Origin: Parcubacteria group bacterium LiPW_30
GTDB lineage: Bacteria > Patescibacteriota > Minisyncoccia > Phycocordibacterales > VMEP01
Assembly: GCA_007375595.1 (NCBI GenBank)
Contig: VMEP01000001.1
Coordinates: forward strand, 89,274 to 153,273
Direction: 5' to 3'
DNA length: 64,000 bases
A model generated the notes under the pieces. The model did not search any database and had not been told where the DNA came from. It saw nothing but the letters and a program-made list of their open reading frames with translations. Both the position numbers and the translations under genes were made by a program. Shown here one piece after another: positions 24,265-33,721 of the stretch. How positions within the stretch are numbered: the stretch's first letter is position 1; each line of letters starts with the position of its first letter.

Positions 24265-25362
24265 TTAAAGGGGTGTTTTCTCTGAAGAAGTTAGTTTTTT
24301 GCTTTTCTCAAAGTCTTCAACAACTTCAAGTAACACCGAGACGAGTGGCACCGCTAAGATAAGTCCCAAAAATCCGAATAGTTTTGCACAGACAATCAAA
24401 GAAAGAATAACAAGAATTGGTGGCACCCCAATAATCTTTCGTACAATAAGTGGATAGATTAAGTGATTTTCAAATTGTTGGATTATTATATAAAAACCAA
24501 TAACCATAAGGCCTAGCGCAATTCCGCCATGTGAAAAACCGAGAGCAACTGCTGGCACAGCAGAAATTATTGGACCGAAAAGCGGAATGAGCTCAAGGAT
24601 AGCTGCGAGAACCGCAAGAAGTAAAGCATATGGAATACCCATAATAGCTAGCCCTAAATAAACAAGAACACCAATAAAAAGTCCGAGCAAGAGTTGCCCT
24701 TGCATCCAAAGACCTATCTTATTTTGTGCTCTTTGCCACAAACCTGTTATATATGATTCATACCTAAGTGGTGTTATTCCACGTAAAAAATTCTCTATTC
24801 CCCTTTCTTGCACTGCTAAATAAAAAGAGATGACGATTATCAAAACAAAACTAAATATTCCTCCGAAAATTGCACTGGCCCCTTTTATAACGCCCCCTGA
24901 AAAACTCGAGAAAGTATTTCTTAAATTAGAAATTATTTCTTGTACTTGAAAACCTTCGGAGTTTAAAGAAGAAACAACTTCGCGAGATGAGCCGACAAAA
25001 CCTTTAACCCCTGTGTCCGAAAAAATATTTATTGAACTTAAATACTCTGGAGCAGAAGAAGCAAGACCAGACATATCGTCTAATAGTGGTGGAACGAAGA
25101 AATAAACAACTCCAATAATAAATGCGAAAAATGATACATAGGTGAAAAGTACCGCAGGTACTCTAGAAATACGGTATTTTGCAAACCACCTAGTAGCTGG
25201 CTCAACCGAAGAAGCTATAACAACAGATGTAAGAATTATTAAAACAACGTCTTGGAGAAAAAATAAACCGGCAAACAAAGTAACAATGAGTATCGTCTTA
25301 AAAATTGTGCCAGCACTTATGGTAATTGTTATTGGGCGATCAGTTTCATTCATATATAGCAA
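24265..25362 (-). CDS. AI-2E family (UPF0118/PerM-like) membrane transporter
   Basis: 365 aa; 8 TM topology and conserved C-terminal half typical of AI-2E/YdiK family. Confidence 0.6.
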   Translation of the reverse strand: MLYMNETDRPITITISAGTIFKTILIVTLFAGLFFLQDVVLIILTSVVIASSVEPATRWFAKYRISRVPAVLFTYVSFFAFIIGVVYFFVPPLLDDMSGLASSAPEYLSSINIFSDTGVKGFVGSSREVVSSLNSEGFQVQEIISNLRNTFSSFSGGVIKGASAIFGGIFSFVLIIVISFYLAVQERGIENFLRGITPLRYESYITGLWQRAQNKIGLWMQGQLLLGLFIGVLVYLGLAIMGIPYALLLAVLAAILELIPLFGPIISAVPAVALGFSHGGIALGLMVIGFYIIIQQFENHLIYPLIVRKIIGVPPILVILSLIVCAKLFGFLGLILAVPLVSVLLEVVEDFEKSKKLTSSEKTPL

Positions 25363-25427
25363 TAGTACCCGATTAAGAGAGTCCTCGCAAAGGGCTTAAA
25401 CAGCTTAAGTATTGCCGTTTTAATTTT

Positions 25428-26447
25428 TTAGAACTCCCTAACTTTAATAGTGCGGACAACAACACGAACTGTTTTTGAGTCCTTTCTGTCACTATAGGCG
25501 TTTGAACAAGTTAAGGTGAAATCTGTAGTTTCAAGAAGTTTACTTGTTGGATAGTCAAACGATGCCCCAGCAGAAAATCTGTCTGTTTCTTTTCCACTAT
25601 CTACCCCTACTCCAACAATAGTACAACCAGTGGCACCGTTAACAAACCAACTAACTACTGATCTCGTATTGGAGAAAATTGGATTTGGTGAAGCAGTAAG
25701 GGTCCAGTCCGTAGCTTGCGTCCATGTTGATTCGTCTGATTTCAAAGGATCAACATACGGACAATCTGACGGGCAGTTTGAATTATTTTCATTTATATCA
25801 CACGTCCCATTTCCGCCTGGTGTTGGGCAAGTCGTACAATTTAAATCAGATGGCGTAATCGCTGTGCATACACCAGTACAGCCAATTATTCCATTTGCTT
25901 TTTGGCCACAACTATTTGGCGCCGACTGACAAGCTACTCCATATCCAGAAATAACTGGCGGTGCAGTCTTCTCACTACAAGTTCCATCACAACCTATTGT
26001 GCCTTGATTTGACTGCCCACACACATTGGTCGCCAAACACACTCTTCCAAAATTAGGAGGAAGCGCTGGCGCAATAGCTCCACAAATTCCATTGCAATCT
26101 ATTGTCCCTTGGCTTGATCCACAAACATTTGCAGCTGAACATGTTTGACCATAATAAACACTACAAGATATATACCCGCCACCACTTGCGCCAGCATCAC
26201 CACCACTTGCTCCGGCACCTGATCCAGACCCCGCACCGGCGGCACCACAACCGGCGGCACCAGCAGAAGCAGAACAGCTTGCTGCCGCAGCAGCTGAACC
26301 AGAACCAAAAGCAATATTATAAAAAACACCCTTGGGTAAAACTGATACTGGAATAAAAAAATTAAAAAAGACTAAAACACCAAAAAAAAGAACTAGAGCC
26401 AATATATCCTTCTTTGTTTTATTTAACATAAAATTAAACTCTTTCAT
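25428..26447 (-). CDS. secreted Cys/Gly/Ala/Ser-rich modular protein with C-terminal beta-sandwich domain; paralog of the 30501..31406 protein
   Basis: 339 aa; N-terminal signal/TM, G/A/S/C low-complexity tract, repeated CGQSNQGTIGC…C and CGQKANGIIGCTGVCTAITPSDLNCTTCP modules, C-terminal …LTASPNPIFSNT…GATGCT…DYPTSKL…TDFTLTC…VRTI..REF domain. Confidence 0.7.
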   Translation of the reverse strand: MKEFNFMLNKTKKDILALVLFFGVLVFFNFFIPVSVLPKGVFYNIAFGSGSAAAAASCSASAGAAGCGAAGAGSGSGAGASGGDAGASGGGYISCSVYYGQTCSAANVCGSSQGTIDCNGICGAIAPALPPNFGRVCLATNVCGQSNQGTIGCDGTCSEKTAPPVISGYGVACQSAPNSCGQKANGIIGCTGVCTAITPSDLNCTTCPTPGGNGTCDINENNSNCPSDCPYVDPLKSDESTWTQATDWTLTASPNPIFSNTRSVVSWFVNGATGCTIVGVGVDSGKETDRFSAGASFDYPTSKLLETTDFTLTCSNAYSDRKDSKTVRVVVRTIKVREF

Positions 26448-26449
26448 TG

Positions 26450-27505
26450 TTATTTAATCCAACCACCAAACCATAAAAACTCATTGGTGTATTTATTTAA
26501 CTTTATAATATCCGTTGCAACAGAAGTCGCAATGTCATAGACAGAAATAACCACATATTCATTCCCCGTTTTTTCAGACACTCTTATTTCCTGCAAACCC
26601 AAAGACTTACCGTCTGGAGAAAATACAGACCAATAAGCTTTTACTTGGAAAACCTTAATCGGGGTTATAGAAAATGACTCCCATGAATTAATCTTTGAAA
26701 CAACGACATTTTTCTTTCCTGGTGAAGACCATGCGAGCATGTTCCTGTCACGAGATAAAGACAATTTCATCGTTTGAGAAGCTCGACCATCAACAGTTTT
26801 AACAACAACACCAATTTCTTTTGGATTTAAAGTGTCTTTAATATCAAAGATATATAACCCATCATTTTTTAAAACTAAAAGTTTTGTTTCGTCTGGAGAA
26901 AACAGAGGGTTAACTCCATTAGAAACCTTAACCGCTTTTCCAGAAAGATTAGTTAAGAAAACAGTCCAACCTTCCGGAAATTCAGTTGTTTCCCCTTCTT
27001 TAAGATCTTCTCTTTGAGAAATGTAAGCAATTAAAGACTTCGAAGGGCTTATTATTGGCTCTCTTTTAAAAACTTCTGGACCATTTGTTATTTGTCTTAT
27101 TCCTGTTCCATCTGGTAACGCTGTATATATTTGAATTGCTGGCTCACTTATCTTTCTGCCCGCAAAAACCATTATCGATTCATCGTCTGAAAATGAAGGT
27201 GATAAACGAATACTGTAATCCACCGCCGATGTTGAAGGATCAACCAATACACGCTGAAGTCTCCCTGAAATAAATTTGTAAGAATAAATACCTAAAGGTG
27301 TTGCAGTGTTGTCCGGGAAAAGAGAGAAGAACAAAGTTCCTGATATCTGTTGTTGTGGAACAACCACCTCAACGGGTGTTTTCACCACCTCCTTTCTTAA
27401 AAAACTTAAAAGAGAAGGCTGAAAAAACCAAACATAAAAACCGATGAGGACAACAACAATTATCCCAATAAGAACTAAGATTGCGGCGAGTTTTTTTGAT
27501 TCCAT
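26450..27505 (-). CDS. membrane-anchored TolB-like (PD40/WD40-like) beta-propeller protein
   Basis: 351 aa; N-terminal TM, repeated …SPDG(K/T)… PD40-like motifs. Confidence 0.55.
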   Translation of the reverse strand: MESKKLAAILVLIGIIVVVLIGFYVWFFQPSLLSFLRKEVVKTPVEVVVPQQQISGTLFFSLFPDNTATPLGIYSYKFISGRLQRVLVDPSTSAVDYSIRLSPSFSDDESIMVFAGRKISEPAIQIYTALPDGTGIRQITNGPEVFKREPIISPSKSLIAYISQREDLKEGETTEFPEGWTVFLTNLSGKAVKVSNGVNPLFSPDETKLLVLKNDGLYIFDIKDTLNPKEIGVVVKTVDGRASQTMKLSLSRDRNMLAWSSPGKKNVVVSKINSWESFSITPIKVFQVKAYWSVFSPDGKSLGLQEIRVSEKTGNEYVVISVYDIATSVATDIIKLNKYTNEFLWFGGWIK

Positions 27506-27544
27506 AAAATTTAAAAATTACTCCCTTAAGTGTAATACAAATAA

Positions 27545-28207
27545 CTATGCTTTCACAAGCACTCCAACCTCAGTCAGACGAAAATCTTCCTTAAAGAGCT
27601 TCTTACTCATAGCAAAAACCCCATAAGCTATGAACGGCGCAGCAAAAACATCAATCGTATAATGATAGTGCCCCAAAAGAGCGCTGACTCCCAAAAAAAT
27701 CGTCGTTGCGAGGAAAAAATTACGTAAAAAATTCTTATCCCAAAATACAAGTGACATCAAGTAGGTTGTGGCAACGTGTCCAGAAAAAAATAGATCTCCA
27801 CCAAAAGTAGCAAGAGAATTTATTGAAATTGAGTCAGGATATATTCCTATATTTGTCATGTTTATAAAACCAGCACGAACAACCGTGAGCATCGCCATGG
27901 TTTTCATTGCAAAAGGTAAGTAGCGCGGAAAAATAAGAAGTAAAATTATAGTTAAGTCGCGAATTCTCCCAGTAATTTCTCCATGGATAAAACTCGTGTC
28001 CATTCTTGGAACATTACTTAACACAATATCATTTACATAATTACTCGCATTTTCAGTTGCAAGCAAACCAGCCATTGAATTAATCAAATTCGCTAAATAA
28101 AGAAGACTGAAAGAAAGTAGTGCAATCAATAAAAATTCTCTATCAAGCCATAGATTCATATTATCTTTAAAATGTTGTGAAATTTTTTCTTTAATTTTAA
28201 AAAACAT
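27545..28207 (-). CDS. PAP2-superfamily membrane phosphatase / phosphotransferase-like protein
   Basis: 220 aa; PAP2 motifs …FSGHVATT… and …LLGHYHYTIDV…. Confidence 0.55.
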   Translation of the reverse strand: MFFKIKEKISQHFKDNMNLWLDREFLLIALLSFSLLYLANLINSMAGLLATENASNYVNDIVLSNVPRMDTSFIHGEITGRIRDLTIILLLIFPRYLPFAMKTMAMLTVVRAGFINMTNIGIYPDSISINSLATFGGDLFFSGHVATTYLMSLVFWDKNFLRNFFLATTIFLGVSALLGHYHYTIDVFAAPFIAYGVFAMSKKLFKEDFRLTEVGVLVKA

Positions 28208-28232
28208 AGTGTTTTACAGTAATCTATTATAT

Positions 28233-29099
28233 CTAGATTTTGCGAATTTTTTTTGAAAAATCAAAATCATTTTCTATATTCTGTCTAATCTTTTCGTCAA
28301 TAAGCGCTCCTTCTTTTGTCTCAGAAAAACTCCTACTTGTGTCAACGAGATGATTGTCATATAAATATTTATCAGAAAATATCGGAATAAACACCCTAAG
28401 TCCTAACAATGTATCATTTTTTTGTAATGATTTTTGTATATGTTGAATAACACTAGTAGCGCATGCATCTCTAAGCAAACTATACCATGTTGGTCTGTGG
28501 GACAACTCCTCGGCTCGAACAAACATATCTTCGGCAAGTATCTTCATACTCTCTTTAGGTAAAACAAGTGGATACAAATAAACTAAATTACCCCTAGAAA
28601 AAGCACGGAGAGTTAGGGCGTCTTTTTCATCAACAATTAAATAAGAAAGTTCAAGTTGCCGAAAGATAGTCTTAAAAAGAGAGTACTCCTCCCCTTTCTC
28701 CCTCATTCCCTCTGGTGAAATAGTAATATACGTTCCGTCTTCAAAACCAAAAGAGAGCATTGCGTGTGCTTTAAACTTACTGTCTGTAAAGGGTATCAAA
28801 ATATAATCTATTGAGCGGATAGTATTTAAGTCAAAAGTAGCATCATAATAGTCTTGTATATACGACTCCTTATCAGCGTGTAAAAAGCTTCTAACATTAT
28901 GAACTGTAACAATACTTCCACTAAAACTTACTTCGGGTAATTTTTGATACAAAGGATTATAATCATGCGAATATGTTGGTTCTACGGTGAAATACCAAGA
29001 AAGGAAAATAGCAAACAAAAAGATAATTAAAAGAATAAAAAAATTAAATACTTTTTTTAAAACTGGAAAAGTTTTTTGAAAAACCTTATTAAAATTCAT
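28233..29099 (-). CDS. hypothetical membrane-anchored protein (DUF4105/Lnb-like periplasmic domain suspected)
   Basis: 288 aa; N-terminal TM then a soluble domain with no recognised catalytic motifs. Confidence 0.35.
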   Translation of the reverse strand: MNFNKVFQKTFPVLKKVFNFFILLIIFLFAIFLSWYFTVEPTYSHDYNPLYQKLPEVSFSGSIVTVHNVRSFLHADKESYIQDYYDATFDLNTIRSIDYILIPFTDSKFKAHAMLSFGFEDGTYITISPEGMREKGEEYSLFKTIFRQLELSYLIVDEKDALTLRAFSRGNLVYLYPLVLPKESMKILAEDMFVRAEELSHRPTWYSLLRDACATSVIQHIQKSLQKNDTLLGLRVFIPIFSDKYLYDNHLVDTSRSFSETKEGALIDEKIRQNIENDFDFSKKIRKI

Positions 29100-29134
29100 T
29101 TATTAAATATAATGCCAATCTGTATAAAAAAGAA

Positions 29135-29167
29135 ATGCCACCCATACTTGAAAAAAGTGGGTGGCAT
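29135..29167 (-). terminator. rho-independent terminator after the 29194..29793 gene
   Basis: ATGCCACCCA…TGGGTGGCAT stem followed by T-run on minus strand. Confidence 0.55.
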
Positions 29168-29193
29168 CAAAGCTGATTGATTCATGTCCCGAA

Positions 29194-29793
29194 TTACTTC
29201 CTGACTTGAATCGCAGAGACCAATTCGCGAATCTTGTCCTTTACTGTCGAGTCGATGTTGCCGGCGTTCTGAACCCAGATGGTAAAGCCTAGGGTTTTTT
29301 CCTGCTTCCCGTCACTGTCGACAAACGAGCCACCGGGGGGCATCGGGATGTCGAAGTGATAGAACGAAACAAAGAACGTCCCGTGCTGAAGTGGCACTTC
29401 ACAATCGCGAATGACCCCCTTCTCGTTGACTGCGGAAGGTGCCGCTTCTTCGCGACACTTAATCTTCCCGTAGCCAAGGCCGTCTGACATCGCGTTATAA
29501 ACCACCTTCTCGACTGCCTCGGGCGTCACCATTTGGGTACGCCACAGGACAACGGTCCAGTAGGTTCTATCTTTCTGGATGCACACGGGGAACCGGAAAG
29601 TATTAACCCCCTCCCTCGGAAGTACTTGGTTTTTTGCAGAACATTTCAGGTCCCAGGAGAACCCGAAGAAACTCCGTTCCTGTTCGCGAAGGTCAATGGT
29701 AAAGCCATAGTTGTCGAGCAAAAATGGCTTCATCTCGACCGCCGAGGCGACAGACCAAAAAGCGCAAAGCAAAGCGAAAATCGTTTTTTTCAC
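29194..29793 (-). CDS. small secreted protein of unknown function, compositionally foreign (GC ~50%); GTG start with strong SD
   Basis: 199 aa; signal peptide MKKTIFALLCAFWSVASA; AAGGAGA SD; GC markedly above neighbours. Confidence 0.6.
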   Translation of the reverse strand: MKKTIFALLCAFWSVASAVEMKPFLLDNYGFTIDLREQERSFFGFSWDLKCSAKNQVLPREGVNTFRFPVCIQKDRTYWTVVLWRTQMVTPEAVEKVVYNAMSDGLGYGKIKCREEAAPSAVNEKGVIRDCEVPLQHGTFFVSFYHFDIPMPPGGSFVDSDGKQEKTLGFTIWVQNAGNIDSTVKDKIRELVSAIQVRK

Positions 29794-29935
29794 GGCTGTC
29801 TCCTTAAAAAAATCGTTATGTCAAAAAGCGGAATTTACCGCACAAAGCTAATGTTAATAATACATGAAATATACATTTTGTCAAACACACACCATGTATA
29901 AAATAATCGATAAAAAATAAATACTATATGTATAA

Positions 29936-29980
29936 AACAAAAAAAATGGGGGGGTACTTTACGTACCCCCCTTTTTTTCT
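29936..29980. terminator. bidirectional terminator (GGGGGGGTACTTTACGTACCCCCC hairpin with A/T flanks)
   Basis: Strong GC stem flanked by A-run and T-run between the two GC-rich genes. Confidence 0.65.
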
Positions 29981-30000
29981 TCTTGGCTTTCGCCGAATGT

Positions 30001-30405
30001 CTACATCTTCCAGATCTTCCGGACGGCGACGGCCTTGTTCTTCTCGCTGATGTACGGGCTCATTTCACAGGCCATCGTGGCGATCTGTCGCAAAATCAAC
30101 TTGTTGCGCGCGGATTCGGCGCCGGCCGGTGTGTGTACGCGAAACATCGCAGCCGCAACGGCAACGTTGAAGTTCTTGACGCGGCACTGCTTGTCCATCT
30201 TTTCCTTGTAGTCGTTGGCGAGAATAACGACGGTGTCGCGATATTCCTGACCACCGGCCGTCCACATCGCCTCAAGAACCATTTGGTTCGCGGCTTCGCT
30301 TGCGGAAAGCTTCTTTCCGGGTTGCGCAGCAACGGCCGTGGTGGCGAAAAGGAATGCGCCCAGCGCCAGCGAGACCAGCTTCAACAGCGTCTTCGTGCTT
30401 TTCAT
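30001..30405 (-). CDS. small secreted protein of unknown function, compositionally foreign (GC ~55%)
   Basis: 134 aa; signal peptide MKSTKTLLKLVSLALGAFLFATTAVAA; the overlapping + strand ORF (29983..30429) is Arg-rich antisense noise. Confidence 0.6.
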   Translation of the reverse strand: MKSTKTLLKLVSLALGAFLFATTAVAAQPGKKLSASEAANQMVLEAMWTAGGQEYRDTVVILANDYKEKMDKQCRVKNFNVAVAAAMFRVHTPAGAESARNKLILRQIATMACEMSPYISEKNKAVAVRKIWKM

Positions 30406-30500
30406 GGCCCTTCTCCTTTGTTTGATTGAATGTACGAGTCGTTGCTCCGGGAACTCCGAAACATCTTTATATCATACAGATAATTTAATTTTTGTCAAGT

Positions 30501-31406
30501 CTAAAACTCCCTAATATTAATAGTACGAACAATAACACGAACAGTTTTTGAGTCACTTCTACCACTGTAAGCATTTTTACAAGTTAAAGTGAAGTCAGTA
30601 TTTTCTTGCAGTTTACTTGTTGGGTAGTCAACGGCTGGTCCTCCTACATATCTATCGGTTTCTTTTCCGGTATTTACCCCAACTCCAACCAAAGTACATC
30701 CGGTTGCTCCAGTAACTTCGTAACTTACCATTGTTTTTGTATTAGAGAAGATTGGGTTTGGAGATGCTGTAAGAGCCCACTCTGAAGCAGGTGTCCAGAT
30801 AGCACCTTCTCCTGCTGGAGTTGATGTTGTTGCTGGAGCAACATATGGACAATCTGCTGGGCAGTTTGAATTATTTTCTTTTGGATCACAAACTCCGTTA
30901 CCTTTTGGTGCGGGACAAGTTGTACAATTTAAATCAGACGGTGTAATCGCTGTACATACACCAGTACATCCGATTATTCCGTTTGCTTTTTGCCCACAGC
31001 TATTAGCAGATGACTGACATGGTGTTCCGTATCCAGAAGGTAGTGCTGGTGCGGTGGTAACACTACAACCACCACCACAAACTATTGTTCCCTGGTTTGA
31101 CTGCCCACAAACATTTGAGACTAAACAAACTCTTCCAAAATCAGGTGCATCGTGATAATCACCAGACTCACAAGATGCTGGTATTATCTCCCCACCAAAA
31201 ACTCCTCTGGGTGAAATAGAGGTAAAACCAACTTCTAGTGACCCTGTGGCTATTTTATTTTTTGTATTGGAAATATTTTCTCCCACACTAAAAATAAACA
31301 ACACTCCGACAAAAAAAATAAGCAAAAATAATTTTCTTTTAATTTCTCTAAAAAAATAGCTGTCTTTATTCATTGTTGTTAATTTTATAATATCACGTAA
31401 AACCAA
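30501..31406 (-). CDS. secreted Cys-rich modular protein; last gene of the sagB-ycaO-TPR operon; paralog of 25428..26447
   Basis: 301 aa; N-terminal TM/signal, CGQSNQGTIVCGGGCS… and CGQKANGIIGCTGVCTAITPSDLNCTTCP modules identical to paralog, shared C-terminal beta domain. Confidence 0.7.
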   Translation of the reverse strand: MVLRDIIKLTTMNKDSYFFREIKRKLFLLIFFVGVLFIFSVGENISNTKNKIATGSLEVGFTSISPRGVFGGEIIPASCESGDYHDAPDFGRVCLVSNVCGQSNQGTIVCGGGCSVTTAPALPSGYGTPCQSSANSCGQKANGIIGCTGVCTAITPSDLNCTTCPAPKGNGVCDPKENNSNCPADCPYVAPATTSTPAGEGAIWTPASEWALTASPNPIFSNTKTMVSYEVTGATGCTLVGVGVNTGKETDRYVGGPAVDYPTSKLQENTDFTLTCKNAYSGRSDSKTVRVIVRTINIREF

Positions 31407-31433
31407 ACCATAAATATAAACTTATCCACTTTT

Positions 31434-32228
31434 TTAACTTTCAACACCGTCTATTAATTCAAGGTTCCTCTTTATTGATTCCCTCATTGCCCTAAGTCCG
31501 TCGCTGTAAATTTCTGGGTTATTACCAGGATAAGCCACCCCCCATTCATTAACATCCATATTCTCTGCAATAAACAGAGCCTTAACCAACACATCTTTTG
31601 CTTCTCTTTTTTGTCCAAGATTAAGTAACGCCACACCTTTTGAATTAAGTAACCAAACGCTGTCAGGATAATATTTCAAACCACTATCGGCAGTAGCAAG
31701 AACCTTTTTATAATCACCCATCCTAAAATAGACCCAGGCCAAGTCGTTATACCCTGCCCAACTATCTTTTTTCCATTCAAGAAATTCCACAAAATCACTT
31801 TCTGCCTCTTCTAGTTTGTTGTCGTATCCATTGATAAGCCCTCTAACATAATATGAGCGCCTGAAATCTGGGTATAGTTCGAGTTCTTTATTAATCTCGC
31901 TTCTTGCCTCATAAAGATTATTGTTTATGAAATGAAGTCGTGCTATTTGATAGTGTAATCTTTCTAGTGCACTATCTACCGCTAAAGCTTTTCTATAATA
32001 CTTTTCGCTTTTGCTCAAATCATAAGCCCCTTCCCCAAAGTAGTAATTACCAATATTAAAAAATAATTCTGCGTCATTTTGATTTAATAGTGTTGCAACA
32101 GCTTCAATATGAAAATTATTCCAAATCGTAGAAGCAACACTAGTGCGAAAAACAAATAAAGAAATAATACTCAACAAAAGCGCAAAACATGTTAATAGAA
32201 AAATTGTTTTTATTTTTAACTTATTCAT
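31434..32228 (-). CDS. membrane-anchored TPR-repeat protein
   Basis: 264 aa; N-terminal TM, then TPR-like helical repeats (…YYRKALAVDSALERLHYQIARLHF… / …YYVRGLINGYDNKLEEAESDF…). Confidence 0.55.
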   Translation of the reverse strand: MNKLKIKTIFLLTCFALLLSIISLFVFRTSVASTIWNNFHIEAVATLLNQNDAELFFNIGNYYFGEGAYDLSKSEKYYRKALAVDSALERLHYQIARLHFINNNLYEARSEINKELELYPDFRRSYYVRGLINGYDNKLEEAESDFVEFLEWKKDSWAGYNDLAWVYFRMGDYKKVLATADSGLKYYPDSVWLLNSKGVALLNLGQKREAKDVLVKALFIAENMDVNEWGVAYPGNNPEIYSDGLRAMRESIKRNLELIDGVES

Positions 32229-32259
32229 TTAACTAAAAAACTTCCGTGTATCCATATTA

Positions 32260-33717
32260 CTATGGAAATGGGTGTGGGTATGGATTTAATTTGAAATTTT
32301 CAACACCTTTATAGCGGGCGAATTGTTTTAACCTGTCACTATCAAAAGTTCCGTATTTTTCTACCAGAAACAACGGAAAGCAAAAAGGTATAAACGACTG
32401 TGCCACACGAAACCCTAATTTATCCATTGCTTTATTTTTAGGAAAATAAATAAGAGGGGTATACTCGCTCCCCAACTTAGTAAAAATATTTTCTAAAACA
32501 TTTGTTTCATCTTCTTCCCCTAAGGCGTTCGCGCTATTATTCACATAATTAAACACATCACCAGAAACAAACCACCTAAAAAGTTTAACCCACTCCTCTC
32601 CTTGCCACATTGTTATTCTTTTCTCTCTATCGATATCACTTATAAATGGGGTAAAATTACCAACCTCAACCTCTGCTTGATCCCTATCAAGATTAGCGAC
32701 ACATTGCTCGGCTTCTTCTAGCGCTTTTCTGACTGCAGAATGCAAATCAACACCAGCACCACCGGATACAGCAAAAGATTTTTTATTTAAATTATTCTTT
32801 CCAACGACGACACACGCTGAAGGGATACCTATGTTTGTTGTTGTTTCTAAAACATAAGTATCAACACCAATACTCTTAAAATCTTTTACGTACAAAAACA
32901 AATCCTCGGGTAATGATTCATTTATGATAACCTTTGGCGCAATTTGCGTTAACCAATGCACCAAAAAAGAATCTCTCTCTACGTATTCCAATATTGAATT
33001 TTTAATAACATCCTCCTTGGAAAAACCGCCAGCCGAACCGCTGGTGGTTGGATTCATGGTTATTATATTTTTTTTGCGCCTCCATGAAGTAAGACTTCTT
33101 GGTATCAAAGCAACTTCGTTGGTTAAAAAATTAAACCCCTTAACCCATTCTATCGCCTGATCATCATCTACTCTCAACTCCTTAAACAGCTCTCTTTGTT
33201 GTGGTAAAAATCTATGATATACAGGCGGGTAAAAAATATTTTTATATTTTATTTTTAATTCATTAAAAGAGCCCACAATAAAATCGTTATTTTCATCATA
33301 AAGCCCTGAGACAGCTCTTTCTATTAATTCCCCTATTGCCTTGGAGAGAGCCATGTCGCTATTCTTGTGGTGCCCAGTACTTTTTACTAAAAATTCTTCT
33401 CCGTCTAAAAGGCGCGTGGTATATATATTTATATTCCAATAAGAAGCAGTGTTCATTTTGCTTACCGCAGACAACATTTTGTTTCTATTCAAGAAATTAA
33501 TAATTATATCGTATGCGGGGCTATGGTCGTGAGGATATTTAATATAAACATCCTTAAGCCATGAAAACTTTAAAAATAAAGACAATAGAAAAATATGAAA
33601 TCTATCGCCAACACCAAGCGGTAATTTCCACGGTCCATTTTTTTGCATTTGGCGAATATCGTCAACGTAATCTTTCGCTAAAATATATCCAGGTGAATTA
33701 AATAAATTGTTTTCCAT
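32260..33717 (-). CDS. YcaO-domain protein (azoline-forming cyclodehydratase / backbone-amide activating enzyme family); second Met (MENNLF) taken as start
   Basis: YcaO ATP-binding signature GHHKNSDMALSKAIGELIERA; TSGSAGG motif; Pro-rich C-terminus NPYPHPFP characteristic of TOMM cyclodehydratases. Confidence 0.75.
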   Translation of the reverse strand: MENNLFNSPGYILAKDYVDDIRQMQKNGPWKLPLGVGDRFHIFLLSLFLKFSWLKDVYIKYPHDHSPAYDIIINFLNRNKMLSAVSKMNTASYWNINIYTTRLLDGEEFLVKSTGHHKNSDMALSKAIGELIERAVSGLYDENNDFIVGSFNELKIKYKNIFYPPVYHRFLPQQRELFKELRVDDDQAIEWVKGFNFLTNEVALIPRSLTSWRRKKNIITMNPTTSGSAGGFSKEDVIKNSILEYVERDSFLVHWLTQIAPKVIINESLPEDLFLYVKDFKSIGVDTYVLETTTNIGIPSACVVVGKNNLNKKSFAVSGGAGVDLHSAVRKALEEAEQCVANLDRDQAEVEVGNFTPFISDIDREKRITMWQGEEWVKLFRWFVSGDVFNYVNNSANALGEEDETNVLENIFTKLGSEYTPLIYFPKNKAMDKLGFRVAQSFIPFCFPLFLVEKYGTFDSDRLKQFARYKGVENFKLNPYPHPFP

Positions 33718-33721
33718 AAAA

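Noticed and set aside
29983-30429. Plus-strand 148-aa ORF and several overlapping minus-strand ORFs in the GC-rich islets (also 34520..35069 region, 25630..26356)
   Set aside because: Arg/Pro-rich antisense or alternate-frame translations typical of locally high GC. The frame with a signal peptide and SD was kept.
25428-31406. The two Cys-rich 300-aa proteins as classical TOMM precursor peptides
   Set aside because: They are far longer than any known leader-core precursor and begin with an N-terminal membrane/signal segment. They are kept only as possible protein substrates or partners in the YcaO finding.
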